Below, one piece after another: positions 12,859-27,859 of a stretch of DNA of 64,000 nt. Both the position numbers and the translations under genes were made by a program. The notes beneath the pieces were generated by a model. The model saw only the letters and a list, made by a program, of their open reading frames with translations. It did not search any database and was not told the DNA's origin. How positions within the stretch are numbered: the stretch's first letter is position 1; each line of letters opens with the position of its first letter. This DNA is from Rotaria socialis (taxonomy: Eukaryota): NCBI GenBank assembly GCA_905331295.1, contig CAJNYD010000369.1, positions 62,001 to 126,000 on the forward strand, in the 5' to 3' direction.

Positions 12859-15800
12859 TTAGGCGGTTGGCAAGCGAGGAGGCAACGGTTCTTTAGTTAT
12901 GCAAATATTAGTATCAAATTTTTGTAAACGATCAATAGCTGTATCTAATATTGTACCAGGTGTGCGTACAGATCGTAATGATACACTTCGAACTTGTTCA
13001 TAATGCTGTTGAATTTGTGTAACAAGTGATTTTGCACGTCGTTGACCTTTTTTATCTTTATTATTATGCAGTACTTGAGTGAGTGGTTTATCAGTAACAG
13101 TATGGCGATCACGAATAATATCCAATAGTTTATTGATTTCTTCGGCTTTGGGTCTGTTGGGTAATTTAATCGGTGGCAATGTACGCTCCTTGAAATAGAG
13201 AAAGAAAAGGTAGATTAACAGAATTCTGACAATTAGGAAAATGCGACTCAAATGTCTTATGCGACTATGGTATTCAGTAGAGAAAAACAAATCGTCAGAA
13301 GAATGATGCGAAACTTATTACGTATATCTAATCGTAGTTAGAAAGGAAAACTCTTCCCACATAAATGAATGCAACAGTCTTGCAAAGCTTATTAAGCGAA
13401 ATAGAATTTTAAGATAATAGCCTTCAATTGCGTTCTAACATACATTTTGAAAATAGTACTACTTGTTACTAATATTAATGCCAGCTATTTTATGGCTTTT
13501 TTAATCGAATAGAAAAACAAACTATTTTAGTCTTTTGTCAGCAACTGTTTTCTCTATTAAGTTATCTGAATGGCTGGTTCCCTTAAGAAATTGAAGCACT
13601 TTGCCAACAGACATTAGTGTAATCTTGTTATAAATTGAAAATTGTATAGCATTCATGTGCTCAATTAAATCTATCTACATATAAATGGTAACAGTCTGCC
13701 TTTTAAAGAAAAACTTCATTATGATTTTTTTCCAGTATTCACTGATAAAATCATATACCACAAGAATAATCATATTGCTGTACTACGAAAATCTATATTT
13801 ATTGAGTATGAATCCGAGATGAGAATAGGATGATTCTGGCCAATGTTGACACTCAAAAAGCAGCAAGTATTTGTTTTGGTAATAAAAGAATTTCTAAATT
13901 TATATTTGATGAATTGAGGAGGAAACTTTCACATTTATCTCCAGTCTTTATTACATAATAATGAGAAAAAAAAAGATACTCAGATAGAACTATTGAATAT
14001 ATATGTTCTTTTTTGAAAATGTAGTTTTCATCTGATGATTTTACTTTTTTCGAAATCTTAAGTCGATGAATGTGAGTGTGACTGAAATTTGCATCTGTCA
14101 GATATAGGACATTTTTATCTATGAGAGCTTTTGGATTGTGTTTCAACGCAGAACATGAGCCTATTTAATCATGGATATTTATACCAACATCCGCATGTAC
14201 TTTCAGACATGCTAGAAAGCCATCGAACTAACTAGAGAGCAGTGCAAAAGCAAAAAATATAGATTGTCAGCTTTTTTAAATAAGCCAAAGCCAGAAATGC
14301 TATTCATTCTTCGTTAGAGCAAGGATAAGGCATTAGCATCATGAGATGTAATTATCAATTTCCTTTAATCTTTTTGAAAAATTAGTGTAGCATAACAAAT
14401 TTACTTGACGATGAAATAGACAAGATATCTGAAACAGTAGAAGAGGTGACAACATTGTTTCTGACGTCCTGTGTAATTACCTGCCAGCATAACGATGATT
14501 AAGAGAACAAAATCGAAAATATTGCCCTATGATCATCTCTGGTATCAATACGGCTTTTACTTACCATTCTTTTTGGTACAAATGTACGTTGACGGCGAGT
14601 GACTTGAACGTTATCATGTCGAATGACTAATGGATTTCGTAAAATTTGTTTTAAATCACGTACACAATGAATAACATCTGTGAAATAATAGAAATGGGAA
14701 GTAAAATTCATTCAAGTATTTTTCTGTTTTTCAACGTACTGTTTGGAACAGCAATTTCATTTTCATTTTCAATATCAAGAAATACTTCAAAGCCTTTGAA
14801 TTTATCATCTGGTATCACTGAAGCTTGTGGTACATTGGTTGGTTCCGGTGGACTTGGTCGTTCCATTGGAATTACATTTTGATAATTATCATCATTTTCA
14901 AACTAAAATAAAAATTTGACTTAGTAGCTTTTGTTTTTCAATTGTTCGTAAGTTATTTCATTTAACATACTTCAGTCATAAATATATTTTCTGTTTGTTG
15001 ATTAGGAGTTTGATCAACAGTAGCTGTATTACTATTATATTTATTATCATCATCATCTAGATCTAGATAGAACAAAAATTCTTGATTAAGGAAACGTTTT
15101 TGAAGAAAAGAATCAAATACTATTTGATGCCGTATCAATTGGTCTAAATTTATCTTCATCCGATGAAGAATTTTGTTCACTTATACCATTTAATAATGGA
15201 AATAGTTGTCCTTCGGATTGAGCATCTTCATCATTTTTAACATAATCAATATATTGCTTAACAGCACCGGATATTATTTGATCGATAGGAACTTTTGGAA
15301 TTTTAGCTATACGACTAGTCACCTGAAAGAAGTCGTAGAAGTATTTTAATGGTTGTTTTAAATGTAAACGAAATATTTACTTGACGATGTTTTTTTATTG
15401 GTTTAGCAAAAAACTGTTTTTCAGGTTTCAATGATGGATTCGTTCTAGTCAATGAGAAAAAGAATAAATTCTGATGATTACTCTTTTCAGTTTATCTACC
15501 GATGAACTTTCATTCCAAGTCGATCCATTAGAAAACTTTCAATCAACGGCGGAAGACCGACATGATTTTGAACAAGTGGATTACCAGCAAGAATAATTTC
15601 AGTTAAACTCGGCCATGATGCAACTGCCATGACATCATCTTCTTCATCAATCTTTTTTATAAAAAAAAAAGCAAAAAAATATATTGAAGTCGAATAGTTT
15701 TCCTTATTAAATCTACCAAATTATGACTTATATCAAGAAATTGTAATTCAGGAAAAGCTGGTAGGGTTATATCTTCTTCTTCTACTGGAAGATTTCGATT

Positions 15801-17615
15801 TGGACTACTCGAAGAAGTTTCTTCATCTTCTTCAAATATTGTACTTTTAATTAAATCATCACCAGTTGCATTGAGACCATGTTGAAAATAATTCATAGGG
15901 GAATTTGCTGAAAACAATGAAATATTGAATAGAAAAAAAAAGAAATAGAACCATGTTACATACAAGCACTAATATTTTTCCGTTTCATTGCTGCTTTGGA
16001 ATATTCTTGTACGACTTGACGCCCTTGTAGAACTTTTAAAAATGGAATCGTACGAATACGATTATGTTGTAAATAAAGACGTTTAAGACTAAAGTAAGAA
16101 GAATAGAAAATAAATAATATCTCTGGTTTGACTTTTTCATTAAACATACCTTTTTAATGATGATAAATGAATAAAAAGTTCATCTTCCACAATTTTATTA
16201 TGATCAAGATGTAATTCTTCAAGTCGAGGAAAACGTTCTTTGACATGTTCTCTTCCATTTCTAAGTAAATAAAATATATGCAAATCAATACGAGCCATAA
16301 TTTCGATTACTAATATAATCAATAGAGAAAAATGAAGCAAAGAGCACAATCATCGATAGATTTTGTGATCTTTTTAAATGAATATACCTCTGTTATTTAT
16401 ACGAAAAAAAAATACTAAAACATATTTAATGGAATTAAATTGAAATAAATTTCTAATAGAACGCTCAACTACAATCTAGTGTTCTTACATATCAGCATGT
16501 ACAAAAGCTCTCGCTAATCGACGTGGTAATCCAACAAGATCATTTCCACTGACACGTAGCACACGTAATGATGGTAACATTCCCAGTATTTCAATATCAT
16601 GCATTGTTAAATTATTATACGAAACATTTAAATCCTAGCAGATTAAAAACTATATAGAGAACAAAAAAACTAAAAGGAATATTCATTTTACTTCAAGTGA
16701 TTCATAATCATTAGCGCTGAGTTTAATGTTTTTAATTTGATTAAATGATAAATCGAGTTGAGCTAATTGTGGAAATGTTCTCAAGCCGTCTATAATGATA
16801 AATGTAAAATGAGATTAGTTTATTTGATTTTTAAAAGTAGCATACGAAATGGTAATTGATTTTCATTTGCATCGATTCGTACAATATTATCGAATAATAG
16901 AAAATCGTCTTCTTTAACCTAAACGATTTCAAATTATTATATAAAATCATGTGATCAAGTTATATTTACGTCTTGTAAATCTAATCCATTAACATTTAGT
17001 ATAACAACATTCGATGGATCTTCAATAGCACAATGATGCATCTGAAATTCAAAGATTTGATACAGAAATATTCTAATGCATAAAAAATCTAGAGAAGACA
17101 ATGACTGGTAAAAGTCAAACACTTCTTATCATTCGTTATTACTCGCACTGATTATCTTATGTTTAGAGGATGCCTCAAAGTTTTCTATAGAGAAGTTCAA
17201 CTATCATCTAAGTACTAGTACATTAGACAACCCAATAGAGAAAATGTATATAAAAAAAAAACTTACAATAAAAAATCCATCTAATAAATGTTCAACTGTC
17301 TTCTCTTTGCCCACCCATCGTTGTTTTTTCTTTGTTTCTTTTTGAGAAATTTCACTTTCAAATGGAGTTGGTGTTGATAGTGTTGTTAGTATAGCCGCAA
17401 AACGTCGTTGTTCTGTATCGCGTAATGCCACAACCCATTGTTCTACGAAATGAAATCTGTCTAAAAGCTTGTATAAACAGTCAAAGCGACATACGATTCG
17501 ATGATGAACTGCGCAATAGATTTCGTACAGGAAAACAATTCGCTGGCAAATCTGTAAGATTTCCATTACCAGACAAAGGTCCACTATCATATTTAATCCA
17601 TGGTAACGTCGCCAT
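12859..17615 (-). CDS. XRRA1: X-ray radiation resistance-associated protein 1 (LRR protein), multi-exon
   Basis: Exon 1 (17615-17495) MATLPWIKYDSG...NCFPVRNLLR; LLDGFFI|MHHCAIEDPS; LRRs such as FPRLEELHLDHNKI, LKRLYLQHNRIRTIPFL, FPELQFLDISHN; last exon INKLLDIIRDRHTVTDKPL...QIQQHYEQV. Motifs match XRRA1 as recalled; introns checked are GT-AG; last intron ~1.37 kb. Confidence 0.85.
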
Positions 17616-17896
17616 TCGACTCGAAATGTACTAGTTTCCAAACCGGATTTCCCTTTTTCTTTTATGTGTCAAACCATTCAGAGTCTTGTTACTGGAGTAA
17701 CAATCTCTATTGATGAAATTGTATTGGTCCTACAATGACATCTATCAACATTCTGGTCGATCACGAGAGGCTCTTTCTAGAAAGAAAGAAAAAACCAATT
17801 AGAGAAAAGCTAGCACGTGACAACAGCTGTTTCAATTACAATCGTAATTATTTGTTGACAGCTAGTACTAGTAGCTCTTTTAAAATCGAACACCTC
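17616..17896. promoter_or_regulatory. Candidate bidirectional promoter between XRRA1 and SMG6 with an X-box-like palindrome GTTACTGGAGTAAC (17688-17701)
   Basis: Two divergent start codons 281 bp apart; 14-bp imperfect palindrome resembling the RFX consensus. Confidence 0.55.
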
Positions 17897-20800
17897 ATGT
17901 CGGCAGTAGATAATCAAGTTGATTCAAATTACAAGAAAAATAATAATCGAGCACATAAACCTGAAATTCAACGATATTCAGTTGCTAAAGGAAAATATTC
18001 GTCACGATTAAATAATGATAGACCATCATCAGGTAGATTGTTCTATTTATTGTTCTTGTGAAATTACGAAAAATATTTATTTTAAAGGAAATTCAAAGAA
18101 TTCGAATTCATATTATAATAAAAATAATGATTGCTACTATAACGATTCATCCTATTATGATAATGACTATAATAATTATCAGCAAAAGTCACAGCGAAAG
18201 CCACCGAAGAAAAAAACTAGTGAACCGGAAGTTAAAGTCAATCAAGTATCATCGAATACAAAAGATGCAAGTGACGGTGAACAAGAATCTGTAATTAAAC
18301 AAACAAAAAAAAGCACACAACAGTCGTTCTAGAAACTATTCATTTATTTTTCAGGACTTAGATAAACGGCTTGAAACTATGACATTTGAAAATCAAAAAT
18401 TATCTGAACCAAAAACACCAGAAACTCGTGGCGGCTTAATATTTCTTAATAATAAAGAAACTCACGATAATACAAATGAAATCGAATCGTCACCCAGAGA
18501 ATTTTACAATCAAACGCGAAAAAAACAAACCAATAACAAAAAACCAACGTCTGCTAGCCAACCACAATCGGTTACACAGTCACTGCGAGGTTTAACCAAT
18601 GTCACACGCACTCTCTACGATCCCAATGCACCAGCACCAAAAACACCACCAGTAATTAATATACAACCTATAACAACTGTTAGAGTTGCACAGAATCCTA
18701 CATTACTACAACAACCACCACCACCGCCACCATCAGCATTATCCACAAATACTCAGCAAATGCAAGAATTCTATCAGCAGTAAGAATTTAAACATTTCAT
18801 TATTGAATTTACAAAAACACCACAATGATATCTATCTCTCTAGCTATCAATCGTAAGAATGCTTTAATTCCAAAAAAAAAAAAAAACGAAAATAATAACA
18901 ATAAAATTTGCTCTTGCTCTTTTTTCTATCGTTGTGTAATACATGCTGCTCATGCTTTATTTTAATAGTTGAAACTAATCCATTAGTAACATTTTAAAAA
19001 ATCGAAGACATTTTTTATGTATTTATAGTAAATAAAAATAAATGATTTGCTTTTTCGTTTAGGCAATTTTTCAATCATGAGCTTTGGAATCAAACCTATG
19101 GCAATACACAACAAAATGATGCCTGTTTACAAGCTGCACAGTAAGAAGGTATATTAATTGATAAGTGTCGTGTAGCACATTTAGTGTTTAGAGCCATGCA
19201 AATGAGAAAACAAGCATTTAATTATTGGATTACACAAATACATAACTTAGAAAAATCTTTATCTATTTATCTAAACAATTCACCACATATGGAAGTCAAT
19301 TTTCGACGAATGATGGAAGCCAAGTATGATTTACAAGAATATCATACTAGATTTTTATTTACTTATCTATCTATTTAGAATAACACTTCAACAAGCGTAT
19401 ATTCATGCGATGATGACAGATATTGAATCATCATTAGCAAAAAATCTCGATGCTCAATTATGGAAATCATGCTTTCACAATGTTATTGAACGTTTTAGAG
19501 AACATGATAAACAATTAAATGATAATAGTAATGTGAAAAAATGTATTGAAACCGTAATTGAAGATGTAAGAAGTTTTGATTTAAAACTAAATCACTGAAG
19601 AATGATTCATGAAATTGAATTTCAAGTTTAACAAACATACATTTCTATTACTGGGCCTATCAAACTGTTACTAAGTCAAATCCAAATGATATTTAAAGTA
19701 TCGCTCTCTTTAAAGATTCTACATAAACTAAGCTCGATCAAGTATTCAAAGACTTCAGTTAGAGATAAAACCTATCGGGATGTGTTCCATCGAGCTGATT
19801 AAAAGCCTATCATTGAACTTTTGTGTCTCGTATTGTATATTATTTTGAAAATATTTTAGGGTGAACGATTTTTTCTTGCTTTCATTCGTCAACTTGAATC
19901 AGCGTTTCATATTGATACAAAATTATATTTTAATCCCAATGCATATTCGCCTGAATTAAATACTATTGTAGCTAAATATGCTCTTCTTTGTACACAACAT
20001 TGTTTTCTTAATCTTGGTGATTTAGCTCGGTATGAAAAAATGAAGTATCTTGCAAAGATATTCATGCCTATTATCTCATTGTAGATATAAAGAAACGAAT
20101 CGGAATGGTACTGATTATGCTGAGGCAAGAAAGTAAGTTTAAATTTATAGCAAGAAAAAAAAATAATATGACTTTTGTTACTTAGATATTATCTTCGTGC
20201 TCGACTATTATATCCGAAAAATGGAAAATCATGTAAACAATTAGCGATATTAGCTGTGATGACTGTAAGAAAGAATAATTACATATTGCAAAGATAATAT
20301 TTTTATTTATTTGTCATAGCATCGACGATTGGACGCTATTTATTATTATATACGAGCACTTGCCACAACAACACTTAATGATAGTGTTAAACAAAATCTT
20401 GTTTCATTATTTGAAGAAGCTCGTCGGCGTGTAGGTGTTCGATAGAATTTATTTGAAATGATAAACTTACTTTGATATATAAATTTCAGCTCGAAACATT
20501 GGAAAAAGAACTTAAAGAACGTGAAAAAAAAAATGAACGAAAAATCCGAGCAGGTCTATTTGATATTTTAATTTAAAAAAACGATAGTTTTTATCGTTTT
20601 TCTTCTAGGTAATCAAAAATTAGAAATTTGGAAAAGAACAGATGGAACCATTGTCGGACGAAGTCTTGATGATGGACAATCGAGCAATAGTCAAAATGAG
20701 TTCGATGGTTGTGTATCTCAACAAGAAGTATGCTAACGAATACAGAAGATAATTTTCCTAATTGCTTTTTCTATAGCTTATTCATTGGTTTACATTGAAT

Positions 20801-23181
20801 TATATTGCACTACATGGTAAATTATATACAAAAACAGGGTAAGAAAATCAAAAGAAAAAAATATAATCTACTTTTTTGTTTTGCTTTTATTTTAAATAAA
20901 GAATGGAATCATATACAGAATTATGTTCACGAATGCTTCGTCAATTTCAATATTTACTTCGTCAAGATCCCTGCGTATTTGGTAGACAACAATTAGTACA
21001 AATGATGGCGATTAATATGTACCAAATTGAAGTAGCAAAACAAGTTAATGTTTCAGGTATTTTTTATTCAGATTGCTCACAGTGAAAGAAGTATAAATTT
21101 ATGGTGATGAGAGATTTCGAGATTTTAATTGTTAACAGAGGAAGAAAATCGATAATAATTGGAAAAATTCCCATAGTAATCAAGGACAATACATATTAGA
21201 CTTGTTCGAGCGTCTGAACAAATTTTTTCATGTGAAAAAGGATGTATTGATTTTCAATAGGCATCACATGATTAACATGAAAAGCATCAAATAATATCAG
21301 AAAAGACTTCAATCTACCAAGATTTTCTTTCATTCAAACAAAACAAAGACTAAATTTTCTTAATTTTTTTTAATGAAGTTGATATTGTTGTTCGTTCTCA
21401 ATATGAAGAATCATCTCTTCAACTATCTCTCGATATGTTTGGTTTGTTAACTGAGCAGACATCGCTTATTATTGAACATCACTTAAAAGCTCGTTCAGTA
21501 ATAAGTAATGCTGATAAACCTGCTCCAATATTTAACAGTTGGCTACGACATGTATTTCCATCCTTGAAAATTTTTACTGATTGGATGACATGCAATGCAA
21601 ACTCATTTATACCGTTACCTGATCAATTACCAGCTGAATTCGGTCCACATCCAGATATTCTAATGTCGCTTGCAAAAGTTATTAATCTAATTCGAACAAT
21701 TGATAGAACACATATTCAACTTGGCTCAAATTTAACAAGTAAGTCGATTTAACGACGAAACCATTTGAATTTATTGATTTTTTTCAAAACTCAGTACCAG
21801 TTATTTTGGAAGAAGATATTGAACTGAGCGGTTTTTATCCTTTACTTACACTACCAGCTGATACATTACAAACAACGAGTGATACACCACTTGTAATCGA
21901 AATAAAGATCATATTTTTCGAATTAATTAATTTTTTAATATTCTTAAGGATGAGGCAAAAGATTGTAAACGCATTATTCGTTTATGCTTTTTTGCTGATT
22001 ACCTGTGTGGTCTTAAACAACCAGTATTCATTTATAATGTTCAACAAAAAACTTATCATCCAGCTTTGAAATCAGCCATTCATTCTGAACGAAGTAAAAG
22101 TCCAGCAAATGACAATCCGGTAAATTTGATATTTTTCGTTAAACTAAAAAAAATTAAAAATTTCTTTAGAATTCATCAATCGAGCATGAGTTTCATACAA
22201 GCGAACCGACTTCTCCATTGCCCAACTCGAATAGTACTGATCAATCATCACCCGATACAATTATCAATGGAATTGATATGAAAGAACTTAAACTAAAAAA
22301 GCGACAGCTAGAACATCAATTAGCAGAAAAACAAAAACAAGAACAAGTTGTTAAAGTAAGAAAACTAAATAATGAATGCTCGTCTAATATTTAAATGTTT
22401 AGGACATTCTCAATACATCTCGTTTAATCGAAATTGAAGTGATACCACGTTTTATTGTTCTTGATACGAACTGTTTTGTCAATTATCTACCCATTATATA
22501 TAAACTAATTAAACAAGGTCGATTTATAATAATTATTCCATTAATTGGTTAGTATATAGTTATTTTTGAGAAGATGAAATCTTGAAATTTTATTTTTAGT
22601 TATTTGTGAACTTGATAAATTATCTGTGACGACCATTGCCGATGATGATTCATATGAACATGCAGAAATGGTTCGTCGACAATCGATACAAGCTGTTAAA
22701 ATGATTGAAGAATGTTTTGCTAGTAAAGAACGACGTGTACAAGCCATGACTGGCGAAGGAACGGTTTTAGATTCTATTCAGTTTCGAAACGAAGTCAAAA
22801 AAAATGTAAGAATAAAGGAGCAAATTGTTTTCTTAATTTAATTAAATTTCATAGGAATCGAATGATGATACAATCTTGGGATGCTGTTTGAAATATGTAG
22901 GTTTTTTTTTGCAGAGAAATTTTGCTTAATTCATATCGCGTCTTCTTTTCCGTCTAGTGTCGCGACAATCCAAGAGAGTTTTTTCCACAGAACAAAGGTA
23001 ATTTGTTTTTGTTGGACCGAATGAAATATTTTTATTATTTGATTTAGATGGAGCTATTCGATTGCATCGCGAGGTTGTACTGATAACCGATGATAGAAAT
23101 TTACGTTTAAAAGCACAAGCTCGAAATGTTCCCGTAAAAGATCTTATGAAATTTTTTGAACTAGCTCAAGTTGTTTTGTAA
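17897..23181 (+). CDS. SMG6: SMG6/EST1A telomerase-binding protein and NMD endonuclease (Est1 14-3-3-like domain + PIN domain), about 20 exons
   Basis: EBM-like KPEIQRYSV and RTLYDPN; Est1 motifs LDAQLWKSCFHNVIE, LGDLARY, YPKNGKSCKQLA, LDAIYYYIR; VILEED; PIN domain FIVLDTNCF, ICELD, SNDDTILGCC, VVLITDDRNLRLKAQARNVPV with acidic catalytic residues present. Confidence 0.93.
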
Positions 23182-25030
23182 AAGAAAGTCGATAGGATAG
23201 AAAGATTCGAAGCGTAATCATAAAAGTATCTATAAAGGAAAAATGTAGATCAATAGATGAAGGTAAAAACATCTAGTTGATGAGGAGTATTTTATTTTAA
23301 ATATCCAATCAAATATACTAAATATCTTCTCAATACACAGCCGGTGTCAAATGAAGCAAATAACAAGTTGACTAATTCATTTCGCTTCTTTTTTTCAGTT
23401 AATTAGCTGTTTTTTTCATCGTCACTTTGTAACTAAATTCTTATGATTATTACTATTATTACTACTCGTCTTGTTTTTCTGTATACTTATATAGAGAAAA
23501 AAAGTATTTTTCTCTCGAATCGTGTCATTGTAGACAATGAAAGTGAAAACAATATTGTATTTAGAAAGAAAGTTTTTGTTTTGTTTTGTTTTCTTCATTT
23601 GCGTTATTTTGATAAATGTGTGTGTATCATATATATATATATATAGAAGTCAAGAAATGTTTCCAGCGAAATAAATTATGATGTTGTTTCATTCAAACTT
23701 GTTCATCTGACATTCAATTGTATATGAAATAAAATTTTAGTAAAGTTTTCTGATGGAACGGGCATCACTTTGATCTTAAAAGAAAAGATTGTGATGTGAA
23801 TCGAATATTAATTGGTCCGTGTTATTTATCCTACATTAAAATCTCTTCTGGTGAATACCTTCCGTACTCTGAACAGGGAATACTCTTTTACCAGTACTTT
23901 TGGGTTATACGACCTCTCTACTCTAAGCATGTTTTCTGACCTCTTGATATTCTCTGCCTTTTCCCCTTATAAACTAGGAGTGAATACATTTTTTGTATGA
24001 TTTGAGTACTGTGCGTGTGAGTTAAAGAATGATACTGCGGTATGAACACACGGTGCAATAAAAAAAAATGCCTTTAGTTTATGATAGTAATGCAGATGAT
24101 TGTTTTTAGCACAACGTAAACTGGTCAAAAAGTATAATATTTTTGGAACTGAACAGAAATGAAAATTTTTTTTTACCATATTCAGTTCCACACTCGTTTT
24201 ATAAAAAATGATGTATCAGAATCCGTATAGTGAACAGTTCCGATGGTTTTCAAAATAGTGAAGTTTTACTGTAGTTAAAGATTATTGAATTGACTGAACT
24301 TTATCAATATAGGACTTGCAGCCGCAAAGAGTCATCAAATGTTTTGTATCCAAATCTAACCATATGTATATCGCTAAAAAGGCCTATCTAGAGAAACATT
24401 ACCGGCTTTCGTTTTTTATACAGAAATACTATCACATGGTGAATAATATAAAGATATGAATTATTAAGATAAATCGGTACTATGGAATATCCGGTTCTGT
24501 ACTTGGTGTTACTTATCAAAGTAGAACAAAAGACATAAAAGAAAAAAGTAGGTTTTTATTGTATAAATGTTTCGTCTTACTTTCAATTTTTATATGTCAT
24601 GCATTCTTTTCGGTTACTTGGACATTACTAGAAAATGAATAGAAAATAGATTTCTCCTATTTCATACTATTGATTCTGGAAAGATCTACATGGATTATAT
24701 TATTATAATTGATTAATAGTATCATTGAAATACGAAATTATTGTATCTCTAAAATATTTATCATAAGAACAAAACCTTACTTGAAATGTGTTTTTTTCTG
24801 CATGCTATCAAACTATTCAATATGATATTTTAATTGAAATATGATGTTTTCTAAAAATAAAATTTGCGTTTATGAAGATGATGAGATGAATAGCTGTTCA
24901 TTACTCATGCATGAATACGGAATTCTAAGTTTTGTCTTTTTCTCCTTCGCCTTTTAGTTTGTAATATCAGATAATCAAATATCTTTGTTCTCACATCTAT
25001 TTCTATCGTTAAAATAAAAGTTCGAAAGAA

Positions 25031-27383
25031 ATGGAAATTCATGAAAATTCACATAATAATGCTCCAACAGCTCATCTATTCGGGAAAACTTATTTGGCTA
25101 AAAACGAAGAGTTTTATATTCCAAATGATCCAGTCATACATATGGCAGCTGGCGATAGACACACCATTATTATTACTGAAAGTGGTCGCGTATTTGGTTT
25201 TGGTGATAATGATTCAGGTATCATTAAAAAGCTGCTTTTCTTCTTCATTGTTTTCTTTATTACAAAAATATTTAAGGTCAACTCGGTCTCGGTCATACGA
25301 CTAGTACCAATGAAATTTCAACTGTAAAAACTTTAGATTTTACGAAAATCGAAGAAAAAGTTATATTAGCTGCATGTGGCCGTGAATCATCATTGCTTGC
25401 TACAAACCATGGTGCATTGTATGCATTCGGTTCAAATAGACGTTATCAATTAGGTATTGGATTAAAAGAAGCACGACTTATTTATCCTCATCCGGTTCGA
25501 ATCGGATATTTTCGTTCAAGAATGTCTTGGAAACAAATAGCAATGGGTGCAGAACATACATGCGCATTAAATTATGATGGTAAAGTTTATGTTTGGGGTT
25601 CAAATGAAGATGGTCAATGTGGACTGGCACGTAAACAAAATGATATTAAAAAACCGACAGAACTGAAATTACAATATTTTGTCAACAGCATGTAAATTAT
25701 CATAAGACAAGATAAAAAACAAATTTGTAAACTACTAATGATTTTGTTTCTTTCAGATCATGTGGTTATTATCATACGGGCTTAGTAGTTAAAAATGGTC
25801 GCTTATTTTTATTCGGGAATAATCGCGATAGACAATTAGGACGTTCAATACCCGATCAATCTATTCGTCCGTTAGAAGTTTCATTACCGGATCGCGTTAA
25901 AGTTGTTGCATGTGGAAATCAACATACTGTTGTACTAACGGAAAAAGGAGAAGTCTACACATGTGGTATGATATGCATTTAGAATCTTTTTGTTTTTCAT
26001 TAAAATTTATAACGAAAATCAAAAACAAAACGAGAAAACTTTGACTAATAGCTGGAAATCTTTGTAGAAATCGCACGAATCAACTTTCCCTCCCCTCATT
26101 CATCAATAAATACGAAAATAATTAATAGGACGTGGTGAACATGGTCAACTTGGTCTTGGTCGTAAAATTTCAAATTCAGAAAATTTTAAAATGATTGAAA
26201 ATTTACCAAAAAATCTTACAACTATTGCTGCTGGCAAAGCTCATACAGTTCTTCTTGGTCTCAATGGTGATCTGTATGTATTCGGTGATGGTAAATATGG
26301 AAAATTAGGTTGCGAAATGTATTCCAATAAATTTGAACCGTGTTCAGTCGATACATTCAAAGGATTAAATGTATTAAAAGTTGTTTGTGGTGGAGATCAA
26401 ACAATAATAATTGCTCAAAAGAAACGAAGTCAACAAGATGAAGAAGATCTTGAAAGTATGAAATCAATTATTGGTTTTCAAAATGTTTTTTCTTCCGTTT
26501 AGATACATTAAATTCGATAACTGAATTCATGAAAAATCTTCATCATAGAAGCCGTTCACCTTCCATGACTAATTACATGAGTCAAGTCGATCAGTCAATA
26601 GAAGCATGTCATCAACATGTTAAACTATCAAAAAATTCACTTTCATATACTCGATCGAATTCTGATCCTGATGACTCATCAGTATTCACGGAAAGTCCAT
26701 TGATGAGTACAAAATATGAAAAAACAACTGACGAATCTTCACCAACGAGTACTTATAAAAATAATGAAGATCTAATAAGTTTAAAAACATCTGCATCCAA
26801 TTGTACAATACCTCTTATTACTATTACAGATGAACTCATGAAATTAGGCCATCGTTTTTCATCTCTAGATGAACCTCTTTATAATCGTATAAGTTTGAAT
26901 GATTGTTTGAATAATGAAGTACATTCTGATACTAGAACATCATCATCCGATGAACGATTGTTGCCAATGCCGAAACAAAGTTTCGAAACAATATCATTGC
27001 ATGCAGCGGACATTAATATTAATGAACATTTAAATCCTAAAGTATTATCCAAATATTATCAACATAATCCTGATGGTAAAAGCGGTCCATCGTCGGTATC
27101 ATCAACAACTAGCAGCTGTACTTCATCATCTATATCATCGACAGATTATAAAAATCTAATAATAAGTTCACAAGGATTATGTGCATTTCAAAATAGTTTT
27201 ATGTTCCCTACAGTTGAAACACCTGAAAACCTCATGATATCGAATTCAAAAGTTGACGTTAACCAAACACAGATTAAAGGTGAACCACAAACTAGATTTT
27301 TTTCAAGAGCTCTAAGTAAAAGATCGACCCAACAATCGTCAACAAATACAAATAAAACTTCTAGAATGTGTGTTCTTATGTAA
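25031..27383 (+). CDS. RPGR: RPGR-like RCC1-repeat protein with Ser-rich tail and C-terminal CaaX (CVLM); 5 exons
   Basis: RCC1 repeats (AAGDRHT, GQLGLG, AMGAEHT, SCGYYHT, ACGNQHT, AAGKAHT, VCGGDQT); N-terminus LFGKTYLAKNEEFYIPNDPVIHMAAG resembles RPGR; ends SRMCVLM*. Orthology versus paralogy not established. Confidence 0.75.
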
Positions 27384-27859
27384 ACTATCATATTTTATTC
27401 ATTGTATGTTGTAAATATTAAATATAGGGCGACCTATAAAACTGCGTAACGCAATCCTTGTGTTAATTGTTTTCGAGCTGTTTGTAATATTCAAGAAAAT
27501 CAATCATAGTTAATAAGACATAGGAAACATGGATAGAATTAATCATATTTATATCCTGCCATCAATCAAGCAATTTTTTCTAAATGCGAGTTCATAGTTT
27601 TCATCTTATTACCATTTCAATCCAAAATAACTATCGGATAGCTGCTAAAAACGCAAACATCAATCTACCATCCAGAAATATGACTTCGAATAATAATAAT
27701 GCAGAATTGATAATTTTCCGTCTAGCGGCTACTTAGTTTTATGTAATATCTATTTTTAGTCTGGGAAAGAAAAACAATTAGCAATTTCAGAGAAATATTC
27801 TTGACATTGTAATATTTTTCTTTTCTATTTGTATGAAAATAAAAAATAAATAAATTCTA

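Noticed and set aside
17425..17634. Plus-strand 69 aa ORF
   Set aside because: Antisense shadow of XRRA1 exons 1-2.
19725..19800. AGCTCGAT..ATCGAGCT stem in a long SMG6 intron, possible snoRNA
   Set aside because: No properly placed canonical C box (TGATGA) or H/ACA boxes.
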